Shown: positions 34,576 to 43,263, counted from the stretch's first letter. The stretch is DNA of 64,000 nt from an uncultured Actinomycetes bacterium (GCA_963845355.1 CAWJRV010000053.1:14156-78155); one strand, 5' to 3'. Numbers and translations: made by a program. The notes: generated from the sequence alone by a model not told the origin.

Positions 34576-34600
34576 GTCATGAAAGCATGGGAGGTACCGG

Positions 34601-35371
34601 GTGGCGGCAAATGGAGACCGTCAAGAAGGGATCGTCGCGTCAGGGCTCGGCCTGCTGACCTCGAAGGGCTGGGTGTATCGCGACGTCGACCTCGCCGTGC
34701 CGCGCGGCGCCCTGGCGCTGGTCACCGGCCCGTCGGGGAGCGGCAAGACGGCGCTGCTGCTGGCCATCGCGGCGCGCATGCGTCCGAGCGCGGGCGCGCT
34801 GCGGCTGGGCGACTGCGATGCAGTCGCCCAGCCGCAGCGCGCCCGCCGCCTCGTCGGCCTCGGTGAGACGGCGGGCGTCAACGACCTCGACCCGACGCTC
34901 GCGGTCGCGGCGCAGGTCAAAGCCGAGCTTGCTATGCACAGGCGCCGTGGCCATGGCGAGGTCGACGCGGCCTTCGCGAACGTCGGGCTCGACATCGCTC
35001 CGCACACGAGGATCGCCGACCTGCACGCCGCCGACCGCCTGCTGCTGGGCGTGGCGCTGGCCACCATCGACCGGCCGCCGTTCCTCGTCGTCGACGACCT
35101 GCATGAAGACCTGACGCCCGCCGAGCGCGAGCTCGTCTTCGGCCGCCTGCGCGGCCTCACCGGCGCCGACGTCACGATCGTCGTCGGCAGCCTCGACCCC
35201 GCCCTTGCGACGCTGGCCGACGTCGTGCTCGCCCTCGACGGTGACGGCAGGCCATCGGGCGACGGCCGCGACGCCGGCGACCGCACCGCGGGCCCCGGCC
35301 CCGGTGCCGACCATCCCACCCCCGCCTCCACCACCCCCCGCCTCAAGGAGACTGCCGATGCGCTCGCTTAG
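34601..35371 (+). CDS. ABC-type ATPase with degenerate signature motif (partner of YhgE/Pip protein)
   Basis: Walker A GPSGSGKT and Walker B FLVVDDLHEDL are present. The signature position reads LHAADRLLL, not LSGGQ. GTG-34601 follows GGGAGG. The 3' end overlaps the next gene. Confidence 0.7.
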   Translation: MAANGDRQEGIVASGLGLLTSKGWVYRDVDLAVPRGALALVTGPSGSGKTALLLAIAARMRPSAGALRLGDCDAVAQPQRARRLVGLGETAGVNDLDPTLAVAAQVKAELAMHRRRGHGEVDAAFANVGLDIAPHTRIADLHAADRLLLGVALATIDRPPFLVVDDLHEDLTPAERELVFGRLRGLTGADVTIVVGSLDPALATLADVVLALDGDGRPSGDGRDAGDRTAGPGPGADHPTPASTTPRLKETADALA

Positions 35372-37595
35372 CATCGCCTCCGGCGAGCTCAAGCGGCTCG
35401 TCTCGGCGCGCCCCTTCCGCGTTGCGGTCGGCGTGATCTGCCTGGTGCCGCTGCTCTACGGCGTGCTGTACCTGTGGGCCTTCTGGAACCCCTACCAGCG
35501 CCTCGACAAGCTGCCGGTCGCGGTCGTGGACTCAGACAAGCCGGTCGTCGCCGACGGTCAGACCCTGCACGTCGGCGCCGACCTCGTGCGCCAGCTCAAG
35601 GCGAGCAAGGCGTTCGGCTGGCGGGTCGTCACGGCAAGCAAGGCGCGCGCCGGCCTGCACGCCGGCCGCTACTACATGGCCCTCACCATCCCCGCCGACT
35701 TCAGCAGGCGGCTCGGCTCGACCGACGGCGCCACGCCGAGCGCGGCCACGCTCACCGTGCAGGACCAGGAGGCCCACAACCTGCTGGCCACGCAGATCGG
35801 CAGCCGGGTGTTCCTCGAGATCCGCGCCTCGCTCGCGGCGGCCACCTCGCAGCGCTACCTGTCGCACATCTTCGTCGGGCTGCAGACCGTCAGGAGCGGC
35901 CTCACGAAGGGCAGCGCCGGCGCTGCCAGCCTGACCGGCGCCCTGCGCCAGACCACGGCCGGATCGTCGCGGCTCGGCACCGGGCTCTCAACGGCTACTG
36001 AGGGCTCGCGGAGCCTGTCGTCGGGCCTGTCGAGCCTGGCCGGCGGCAGCCGCAAGGTCGCCGGCGGAGCAGGCACGCTCGCCGGCGCCGCCGGCCGCCT
36101 GGCCGCCGGTCTCGGCAGCGCCGCCTCGGGCGCCCAGAAGGTCAGCGCCGGCAGCCACACGCTGGCCGCCGGTTCCAGCTCGCTCGCCGGCGGGCTCAGC
36201 AAGCTCGCCGCGGGCACGACGGCGCTGCACGCGGCGGCCGCCACCTTGTCCGATGGCGCGAGTCAGCTCCACGCCGGACTCACCACCGCCGCAGGCCAGA
36301 CCGAGGCGGCAGCGAGCTCGGCCGCCCAGCTCGACAGCGCCGCCGGCCAGGTCAGCGCGGCGCTCTCGGCCTACGTCGCCGCCCACCCCGACGCCCCCGA
36401 CCTGGCCGATCTGCAGGCCGCGCTCGCCGGTTCGAGCCAGGTCGCCGGCGGCCTCGGCCGGCTCTCCGGCGGCCTGGCGGCCGCCGGTCCGCAGTTGCGT
36501 GAGCTCGAGTCGGGCGCCGCCCAGCTCGACATCGGCAGCCAGCAGCTCCTCGGCGGTCTGACCGGCCTGGGGACGGCGGCCGCCCAGGCGCAAGCCGGCG
36601 CGCAGTCGGTGTCCACCGGCGCGGCCTCGCTCGCGCAGGGCGCCGGAGTGCTGCAGACGGGTGTGCGCAAGACCAGCACCGGCGCGGGCGCCCTCGCCAA
36701 GGGAGCCAAGTCGCTGGCCGGCGGCGCGAGCGTCGTGGCGGCCGGCTCCGCCGAGGCCAGCTCGGGCAGCGCCACACTCGTCACCGGCCTCGACCGGCTC
36801 GAGTCGGGCAGCGTGGCGCTGCACACCGGGCTCACCAAGGTCACGGCCGGCGGCAGACGGCTGACCCGCAGCCTGCGCAGCGGCGCCGCCGCCATCCCGG
36901 CCTACAGCGCCGCCCAGCGCACCCGCCACGCCGCGGTCATGAGCGATCCGGTCAAGCTCTCCACGCAACGGCTCGACCCCGTGCCCAACTACGGCACCGG
37001 CTTCGCGCCGTACTTCATTCCGCTGGCCCTCTGGGTCGGCGCGCTCATGACCTACTTCATCGCGCGCCCGCTGAGCGGCCGCGCCCTGGCCTCGAGCCTG
37101 TCCGACGCGGAGGTGACCTTCGCCGGCCTGTGGCCCGGGGCCGTCGTGACCTCGCTGCAGGCCGTCGTGCTGGTCGCTGTGCTCGAGCTGGCGCTCGGCC
37201 TGCGGCCGGTCGAGCCGTTGGCCCTGCTAGGCTTCGCGCTCGTGTCGGCGTTCGCGTTCACGGCCATCCTGCAGTTCCTGTCGGCAGCGCTCGGCACGGC
37301 CGGCAAGTTCGTCGCCATCGTGCTGCTCATGCTGCAGCTCACCTCGTCGGCAGGCACGTTCCCGCTGCAGACCGTGCCGCGCTTCTTCCAGCTCATCAAC
37401 CCCTGGCTGCCTATGACCTATGTCGTCTCGGGGCTGCGCCAGGCGATCTCAGGGGGCGACCTGCGGGCGCTCGCGGTCGACGCCGCCGTGCTGCTGGGCT
37501 TCGCCGCGCTGGGCGTCGCGGGGACTATACTGACCGCGCATCGCCGCCGCATGTGGACGATGGACCGTCTCAAGCCCGTGGTGACGATGCAATGA
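35358..37595 (+). CDS. YhgE/Pip domain membrane protein
   Basis: ATG-35358 follows AAGGAG. It has a YhgE/Pip N-terminal region (ELKRLVSARPFRVAVGVICLVPLLYGVLYLWAFWNPY), a long Ala/Gly/Ser/Leu helical-repeat ectodomain, and a C-terminal five-helix ABC-2-like membrane domain. Confidence 0.85.
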   Translation: MRSLSIASGELKRLVSARPFRVAVGVICLVPLLYGVLYLWAFWNPYQRLDKLPVAVVDSDKPVVADGQTLHVGADLVRQLKASKAFGWRVVTASKARAGLHAGRYYMALTIPADFSRRLGSTDGATPSAATLTVQDQEAHNLLATQIGSRVFLEIRASLAAATSQRYLSHIFVGLQTVRSGLTKGSAGAASLTGALRQTTAGSSRLGTGLSTATEGSRSLSSGLSSLAGGSRKVAGGAGTLAGAAGRLAAGLGSAASGAQKVSAGSHTLAAGSSSLAGGLSKLAAGTTALHAAAATLSDGASQLHAGLTTAAGQTEAAASSAAQLDSAAGQVSAALSAYVAAHPDAPDLADLQAALAGSSQVAGGLGRLSGGLAAAGPQLRELESGAAQLDIGSQQLLGGLTGLGTAAAQAQAGAQSVSTGAASLAQGAGVLQTGVRKTSTGAGALAKGAKSLAGGASVVAAGSAEASSGSATLVTGLDRLESGSVALHTGLTKVTAGGRRLTRSLRSGAAAIPAYSAAQRTRHAAVMSDPVKLSTQRLDPVPNYGTGFAPYFIPLALWVGALMTYFIARPLSGRALASSLSDAEVTFAGLWPGAVVTSLQAVVLVAVLELALGLRPVEPLALLGFALVSAFAFTAILQFLSAALGTAGKFVAIVLLMLQLTSSAGTFPLQTVPRFFQLINPWLPMTYVVSGLRQAISGGDLRALAVDAAVLLGFAALGVAGTILTAHRRRMWTMDRLKPVVTMQ

Positions 37596-37628
37596 CGATG
37601 ACGACGGCTGTGACGCGGTGAAGGTGTC

Positions 37629-37693
37629 GATGGCCGTGACGCGATGACGATGGCCGTGACGGTGACGACGTTACGGTGACGATGGCCGTGACG
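37629..37693. repeat. TGACG-rich repeat array (GATGGCCGTGACG in 3 copies)
   Basis: Exact 13-mers at 37629, 37649 and 37681. A 17-mer TGACGATGGCCGTGACG occurs at 37645 and 37677. The whole interval 37580-37700 is built of (A/G)TGACG units and ends on the tetR GTG start. Confidence 0.85.
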
Positions 37694-38355
37694 TGACGAC
37701 GACCGCGACCCGCACGCGGCGCGGCCGACAGACAGAAGAGACGGGCAAGCACAGGAGCAGCCGGGTGCCACGAGCCCATACAGACACGCTCGATCGCCTC
37801 TTCGGGGCCGCCGTGGAGCTCTTCGGCGAGCACGGCTACGCCGGCACCACGGTCGACGAGATCGTCGAGCGCGCCGGCGTGGCCAAGGGCACCGTGTACT
37901 ACCACTTCCACAGCAAGTCGGAGCTGGTATCGGCCCTGCTCGACGACGGCCTCAAGCGCCTCGCCGAGTCGTTTCGCAGCGAGATCGAGGGCGCGCAGGG
38001 CGGCTTCGCCGCCCTGCGCGCCCTCGTCCACGCCGAGCTCGCCTACATGGAACGCTACCAGGCCTTCTCGAAGCTCGTGATGTCGGAGATGTGGCGCGCC
38101 GACCGCGACTGGCGCGACAGCCTGCGCACGCTGCGCGAAGAGTACGTCGAGGTCTTTGCCACGGCACTGCGCCGCGGCATGGCCGAGGGCGTCTTTCGCG
38201 CCGATCTCGACGCCCAGACCACCGCCTCGACCATCTTCGGCATGATCGCCACCGCGGCGCTCGACTGGCTCGTGTTCGACCCGCAGGCGGCGCTCGACGA
38301 CGTCGAGCGCCGCCTGCTGCCGCTCGTGCTGGGCGCCGTGCGCGTCCCGTCATGA
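37693..38355 (+). CDS. TetR family transcriptional regulator
   Basis: The HTH is LFGEHGYAGTTVDEIVERAGVAKGTVYYHFHSKSEL. Its stop overlaps the next start (ATGA at 38352-38355). Confidence 0.88.
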   Translation: MTTTATRTRRGRQTEETGKHRSSRVPRAHTDTLDRLFGAAVELFGEHGYAGTTVDEIVERAGVAKGTVYYHFHSKSELVSALLDDGLKRLAESFRSEIEGAQGGFAALRALVHAELAYMERYQAFSKLVMSEMWRADRDWRDSLRTLREEYVEVFATALRRGMAEGVFRADLDAQTTASTIFGMIATAALDWLVFDPQAALDDVERRLLPLVLGAVRVPS

Positions 38356-39230
38356 CGCCCGGCCCGCCGCGTACACCAACGCGCCCCACGTCGCCTTTCG
38401 CCTCTGCCACCGCTGTGGCGGTGCTCGCCGCCCTGTTCGTGACCCTGGCCGCCGCCGTTCTTGCGGGATGCGCGACCGGGCCCCGCTCGGCCGCCGACGC
38501 GTCGAGTCCGGCAGCGCAACGTTCATCGTCGCCGTCAGTTGCGCCCTCGCCGTCGCGCGGCACCAGTTTACAGTCGGCGACGCCCTCGCCGTCGCCCGGG
38601 ACCGCTTCACTGTCGGCGACTCCCTCCCCGTCACCCACCGCGCCGCCGCCGTTCAAAGCCTCGGTCACGACTCTCGATGCCGCTCAGCGGGCGGTGATGA
38701 TCCGCTCCGGCTCCTGGACGCCGCGCTGCCCGGTGGCGCTCGCCGACCTGCGACTCGTGACGCTGACCTATTGGGGCTTCGACCGTCGCGCCCACACCGG
38801 CCGGCTCGTCGCCAACGCCGACGCGACCGCCGCCCTCGTGAGCGCCCTGCGGCGCCTCTACGACGCCCGCTTCCCCATCCGCCGCATGGTGCCCGTCGAC
38901 GCCTACGACGCCAACGACGAACGGGCCATGGAGGCCGACGACACCTCAGCCTTCAACGGCCGCTTCGTCGCCGGCACGACCACCTGGTCCCAGCACGCCT
39001 ACGGGCGGGCGATCGACGTCGACCCGCTCGAGAACCCGGAGATCAGGGACGGTGTGGTCTACCCCACCACGGCCGTGGCGCGCAGCCACGCCGATCGCAC
39101 GCTCAGGCTGCCCGGCATGATCACGGCACACGGCATCGTGGTGCGCGCCTTCGCGGCCGTCGGCTGGGGCTGGGGCGGGTCGTGGCATGCTCCCGTCGAC
39201 TACCAGCACTTTTCGGCCAGCGGGACGTAG
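38352..39230 (+). CDS. M15 family metallopeptidase lipoprotein (VanY/D-Ala-D-Ala carboxypeptidase-like)
   Basis: Signal peptide and lipobox LAGC, an SP-rich linker, then M15 zinc ligand motifs SQHAYGRAIDVDP and DYQHFS. Confidence 0.75.
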   Translation: MTPGPPRTPTRPTSPFASATAVAVLAALFVTLAAAVLAGCATGPRSAADASSPAAQRSSSPSVAPSPSRGTSLQSATPSPSPGTASLSATPSPSPTAPPPFKASVTTLDAAQRAVMIRSGSWTPRCPVALADLRLVTLTYWGFDRRAHTGRLVANADATAALVSALRRLYDARFPIRRMVPVDAYDANDERAMEADDTSAFNGRFVAGTTTWSQHAYGRAIDVDPLENPEIRDGVVYPTTAVARSHADRTLRLPGMITAHGIVVRAFAAVGWGWGGSWHAPVDYQHFSASGT

Positions 39231-39444
39231 CCCGGCACCTGATGGCGCTCGGCTACACTTCTTGAGCCCAATCCTGTTCGCCCAGACTGAACGTCAGGTG
39301 CTCGTGCTCCTCGGCCTTGCGCGGAGCCTTCGGAAACCATGACCGCCATCGAACGGCACGCAGCGCGGCGCCGGACCGCGGGCGTCGGGCGGCCCGCATC
39401 GGCCGGCCGGCGTCGTTCAGCCCGCGCCGGCCAGCTCGCGTCGC

Positions 39445-40029
39445 TCAGCCTCGCTCGCTCACGATCAGCTCCATGAGCAGGGCGTTTCGCCAAGTGCCGT
39501 CGGCCAGCCGTTCGTAGGCGCGCATCGTGCCGACGCGTCTGAAACCGAGCCGCTCGTAGACGTGGATGGCGCGCTCGTTCGCGGCGGCCGGGTCGACCGT
39601 CAGGCGATGGTGACCGCGCTCCTCGACCAGGTAGCCGATCAGCGTGCGCATCGCTTCGCTGCCGACGCCCCGGTCCTGCCAGGCGTCGGCCACGAAGATG
39701 TCGATGGCGGCGTTGCGGTAGTCGGGATCGGTCTCTTCGCCGAACTGGATGGAGCCGGCGATCTCGCCGTCCACGATGATGGCAAAGACGGTGGCGCCCT
39801 CCTCGTTCACCTGGTCCCAGGTGGCGCGTCGCCACCAGGCGGCGACGCCGGGATCGCGGAGGATGGCGAGCAGCGCGGGCGCGTCGGCGAGGGTCAGCGG
39901 GCGCAGGACGACCCGCTCGCCGCGCAATGTGGGAACACGGTCGTTGGGCTCGCCGCGCAATGTGGGAGCGCCGCCGGGACCGTCGGCGCCGGTCACGAGC
40001 GCTGGCGCGCCTCGCTGCCCGCGCGCCAC
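39445..40029 (-). CDS. GNAT family N-acetyltransferase (RimJ/RimL-like)
   Basis: VVLRPLTLADAP...WQDRGVGSEAMRTLIGYLVEERGHHRLTVDPAAANERAIHVYERLGF. The annotated ORF start overlaps the prfB 3' end, so the real start is probably further in (for example TTG-39926). Confidence 0.75.
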   Translation of the reverse strand: MARGQRGAPALVTGADGPGGAPTLRGEPNDRVPTLRGERVVLRPLTLADAPALLAILRDPGVAAWWRRATWDQVNEEGATVFAIIVDGEIAGSIQFGEETDPDYRNAAIDIFVADAWQDRGVGSEAMRTLIGYLVEERGHHRLTVDPAAANERAIHVYERLGFRRVGTMRAYERLADGTWRNALLMELIVSERG

Positions 40030-41151
40030 AGCAGGTAGGCGTGTACGAACTGGTCGAGGGCGCCGTCGAGCACCGCCTGGGAGTTGCCGGTCTCGTGGTC
40101 GGTGCGCAGGTCCTTGACCATCTGGTACGGGTGCAGCACGTAGTTACGGATCTGCGAGCCGAAGTTCACGTCGAGCTGCTGGCCGCGCTCGCGGGCGAGC
40201 TCCTCGGCGCGCTTGCGTTCCTCGAGCTCGACCAGTCGCGACTTGAGCATGCGCATGGCGGTGGCGCGGTTGGAGATCTGGGAGCGCTCGTTCTGGCACT
40301 GGACGACGATGTTGGTGGGCAGGTGGGTGATGCGCACCGCGGAGCTCGTCTTGTTGACGTGCTGGCCGCCGGCGCCGCTCGAGCGGTAGGTGTCGATGCG
40401 CAGCTCGTCTTCGTTTATGTCGACCTCGACGTCGTCGCTGACGAGCGGGCTCACCTCGACCGCGGCAAAGCTCGTGTGGCGCCGGTTGGCGGAGTCGAAG
40501 GGGCTCAGGCGCACGAGCCGGTGAACGCCCTTCTCTGAAGCCAGCAGGCCGTAAGCGTTCTCGCCCTCGACGGTGATCGTGGCGCTCGTTATGCCGGCCT
40601 CGCCGCCCTCCTGCACGTCGTTGACCGAGACGGTGAAGCCGCGGTTTTCGAACCAGCGCAGGTACATGCGCATGAGCATCTGAGCCCAGTCCTGCGACTC
40701 GGTGCCGCCGGCGCCGGGATGGATGGTGAGGATGGCGCCGCCTTCGTCGTAGCGGCCGCTGAAGAAACGCAGCTCCTCGCCGCGCTCGAGCTCGTGCTCG
40801 AGGGCATCGAGGCCGCGGCTCAGTTCGGCGATCAGATCTTCGTCGACCTCGTCGCCGGCAAGTTCCTCGCGGGCGAGCTCTTCGGTGGTCTCGAGGTCGC
40901 CGAAGCGCGCTTCGAGGTCGGCGAAGTCCCCGAGGCGGCGCTTGAGCCGGCTGTACTGGGCCGAGGTGACCTGGGCGGCTTCGGCATCGTCCCAGAAGTC
41001 GCTCGCCCGCATGCGCTCTTCGAGCGCGGCGATCTCTTCGCTCAGGCGAGGGGGGTCAAAGATAGCTCCGCAGCCAGCTCAGGCGTTCTGAGGCGCCGTG
41101 CAGCCGCTCGCGGAGCGAATCGAGTTGTTCGATGGCTTCGGGGACAATCAT
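39993..41151 (-). CDS. prfB: peptide chain release factor 2, expressed through a programmed +1 frameshift
   Basis: ORF0 runs from ATG-41151 (MIVPEAIEQLDSLRERLHGASERLSWLRSYL) and stops at TGA 41058-41056. The +1 frame continues DPPRLSEEIAALEERMRASDFWDD... through the SPF and GGQ motifs (SPFDS, GAGGQHVNKT). The shift site is TAT CTT TGA C, preceded by GGAG. Confidence 0.93.
41055..41061 (-). other. prfB: prfB programmed +1 ribosomal frameshift site (CTT TGA C)
   Basis: The minus strand reads CGG AGC TAT CTT TGA CCC. An in-frame UGA follows the slippery CUU, and an SD-like GGAG lies just upstream, as in the E. coli paradigm. Confidence 0.9.
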
Positions 41152-41185
41152 GACCAACGGAGTATACCCCACCCGCGCGAGCCGG

Positions 41186-41279
41186 CCGCGCGGCCCGTGC
41201 CCTCCGCGCGGCCCGTGCCCGCGCGGCCCGCGCCCCCGGCCCGGCGCGCGCCCCGCGCCCCCGGCCCGGCGCGCGCCCC
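41186..41279. repeat. two adjacent GC-only tandem duplications (18 nt x2, 25 nt x2)
   Basis: CCGCGCGGCCCGTGCCC(T/G) at 41186 and 41204. GCGCCCCCGGCCCGGCGCGCGCCCC at 41230 and 41255. Confidence 0.85.
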
Positions 41280-41353
41280 ACCCGCGACTAGACGAATAAG
41301 CAGGGCGAGGAATCCCTTTTGTCGGACGGCTTTGCGGCCGATGTAATAACGAC

Positions 41354-43153
41354 GTGATCGAGCAGACCACCCACGAGCAGGCGACGACAATGACGGCACC
41401 ACGCGCCCGAGAGGGCGTGAGCGTCGGCGTCGTGCTGTGCGATGCCGCCGGCCACGCCATCCACGTCGACGACGCCGCGGCCGTCCTCATGGGTCGCGAC
41501 TCGAGCGCGGGCGCCACCGAACGCCTGCGCGCCTGGCAGCGCCTCGAGTCGCTCCTGCTGGACGACCAGGGCGCGCCGCTCGACCCCGAGTGCTTCCCGG
41601 TACGGTTGGCGGCGGCGAGCGGTCAGGCCGTACACGACGTGATCGTCCTGCTGCCCGGCGTCGACGGTTCACCGGCACGGCGCCTGCAGATCACCGCCGA
41701 GCCGCTGCGCAGCGCCCCCAACGCTCTCCCGTCGGGGATCGTCGTCGTGCTCATCGAAGTCGACGCCGACTCGAGCTCGGCGAGGCCGGCCGGCGCTTCG
41801 GCGGACGCGCCGGCCGGTCGCGCCGAGCTCGAGTCACACCTGGTGCGCCTGCTCAGCGCCGCCAAGCGCGAGAACCGCGGTTTTGCCACCCTGGCGCTGG
41901 GCATCGACCGCTTCAAGACCGTCCACGACTCGCTGGGCCACGGCGCCACCGAGCAACTCGAGTGGCAGGTCGCCGGCCGTCTGCAGCGCGATCTGCGCGA
42001 CGACGACTTCGTGGCGCGCACCGGCGAGGGCGACTTTCTGCTGCTGCTGGCCGGCACGTCGACCTCGAGCGACGTGGCCCGCGCCGTGACCCGCATCAGG
42101 TCTGCGTTCGACAGGCGCTGGGAAAGCGACGGCCGCGAGATCTTCCTTACGCCGAGCATCGGCATCGCCGTCTTTCCTTCCGACGGCGACGCCGGCGATG
42201 AGCTGGTGCGCAACGCCTCCAAGGCCATGCGCCGTGCCCAGGCGGCCGGCGGCAACACCTGGCAGTTCTTCCACGAGGGCATCGACCCCGCGACCAGCGA
42301 GCGCCTGGGGCTCGAGAGCGCCCTTCACAGAGCGCTCGAGCTCGATCACTTCATCCTCGACTTCCAGCCGCAGATCGACAGCTACAGCGGCGGTGTGGTC
42401 GGCGTCGAAGCGCTGCTGCGCTGGAAGGACCCCGAGCGCGGCATCGTGCCGCCGAACCAGTTCATCCCGCTGGCCGAAGAGACCGGCCTCATGCTGCCGA
42501 TCGGCGCCTGGGTGCTCGAGGCGGCCTGCCGCCAGGCGATCCTGTGGAACCCCGGCGTGACCGACTCGGACGGCGGCGTGCGCATGGCGGTCAACATCTC
42601 GCCGCGACAGTTCGAGCAGCAGGACATCGTAGGCCTGGTGCGCAAGGCGCTGAATGAGACCGGCCTCGCGCCGCACCTGCTCGAGATCGAGATCACGGAG
42701 TCGATGGCCATTCAGGACCCCGAGCACACGATCGATCTGCTCAAGGGCCTGAAGGAGCTCGGCGTGCGCGTGGCGCTCGACGACTTCGGCACCGGCTACT
42801 CGTCGCTGTCGCACCTTGCGCGGCTGCCGATCGACACCGTCAAGATCGACCGCAGCTTCGTGATGAACCTCGAGGAGGCCCGCGAGCACGTGGTGGTCGC
42901 GACGTCGGTCATCGCCCTGGGTCACCGCCTCGGGCTGACCGTGATCGCCGAGGGAGTCGAGACCCATGAGCAGGCCGCCTTCTTGGGCGCCGAGTCGTGC
43001 GACGTGCTGCAGGGCTTTCTGTTCAGCAAGCCGGTCTCGCCCGAGAAGTGCGCCGACCTGCTCGGCGGCGAAGCGGCCTTCGCGGCCATGCTCGAAGAGG
43101 CCGCCGGAAAGCTTGCCGATCTCATGGGTAAAGGCGGATTCGGAGCCCGCTAG
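41354..43153 (+). CDS. PAS - degenerate GGDEF - EAL c-di-GMP phosphodiesterase-type protein
   Basis: The GGDEF-domain active site reads GEGDF (degenerate). The EAL domain is intact (EALLRW, QFIPLAEETGL, NISPRQF, EIEITES, DDFGTGYSSLSHL, KIDRSF, AEGVET). Confidence 0.85.
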   Translation: MIEQTTHEQATTMTAPRAREGVSVGVVLCDAAGHAIHVDDAAAVLMGRDSSAGATERLRAWQRLESLLLDDQGAPLDPECFPVRLAAASGQAVHDVIVLLPGVDGSPARRLQITAEPLRSAPNALPSGIVVVLIEVDADSSSARPAGASADAPAGRAELESHLVRLLSAAKRENRGFATLALGIDRFKTVHDSLGHGATEQLEWQVAGRLQRDLRDDDFVARTGEGDFLLLLAGTSTSSDVARAVTRIRSAFDRRWESDGREIFLTPSIGIAVFPSDGDAGDELVRNASKAMRRAQAAGGNTWQFFHEGIDPATSERLGLESALHRALELDHFILDFQPQIDSYSGGVVGVEALLRWKDPERGIVPPNQFIPLAEETGLMLPIGAWVLEAACRQAILWNPGVTDSDGGVRMAVNISPRQFEQQDIVGLVRKALNETGLAPHLLEIEITESMAIQDPEHTIDLLKGLKELGVRVALDDFGTGYSSLSHLARLPIDTVKIDRSFVMNLEEAREHVVVATSVIALGHRLGLTVIAEGVETHEQAAFLGAESCDVLQGFLFSKPVSPEKCADLLGGEAAFAAMLEEAAGKLADLMGKGGFGAR

Positions 43154-43179
43154 AGCGAGCCGCCGGCGCCGTACGTCGA

Positions 43180-43204
43180 GGGGGGGGGGGGGGGGGGGGG
43201 GGGG
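43180..43204 (+). repeat. homopolymer G25 (intergenic)
   Basis: Counted directly: 25 consecutive G, starting 27 nt after the EAL gene stop. Confidence 0.95.
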
Positions 43205-43263
43205 CGCCGTGACGTCGGGGGCCAGGGCGACGGCGACGCGGCGAGGCGGCCCTCAGGGTTGTC

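Noticed and set aside
33568-34600. tRNA-Val as an integration site for a genomic island
   Set aside because: No integrase, direct repeat of the tRNA 3' end, or compositional shift is visible on either side. The flanking genes are ordinary (SPFH protein, lipoprotein, ABC/YhgE operon).
37580-37700. Possible CRISPR-like array (repeated GATGGCCGTGACG)
   Set aside because: The repeats are only 13-17 nt with irregular 20/32-nt spacing. There are no unique spacers of normal length and no cas genes in the window.
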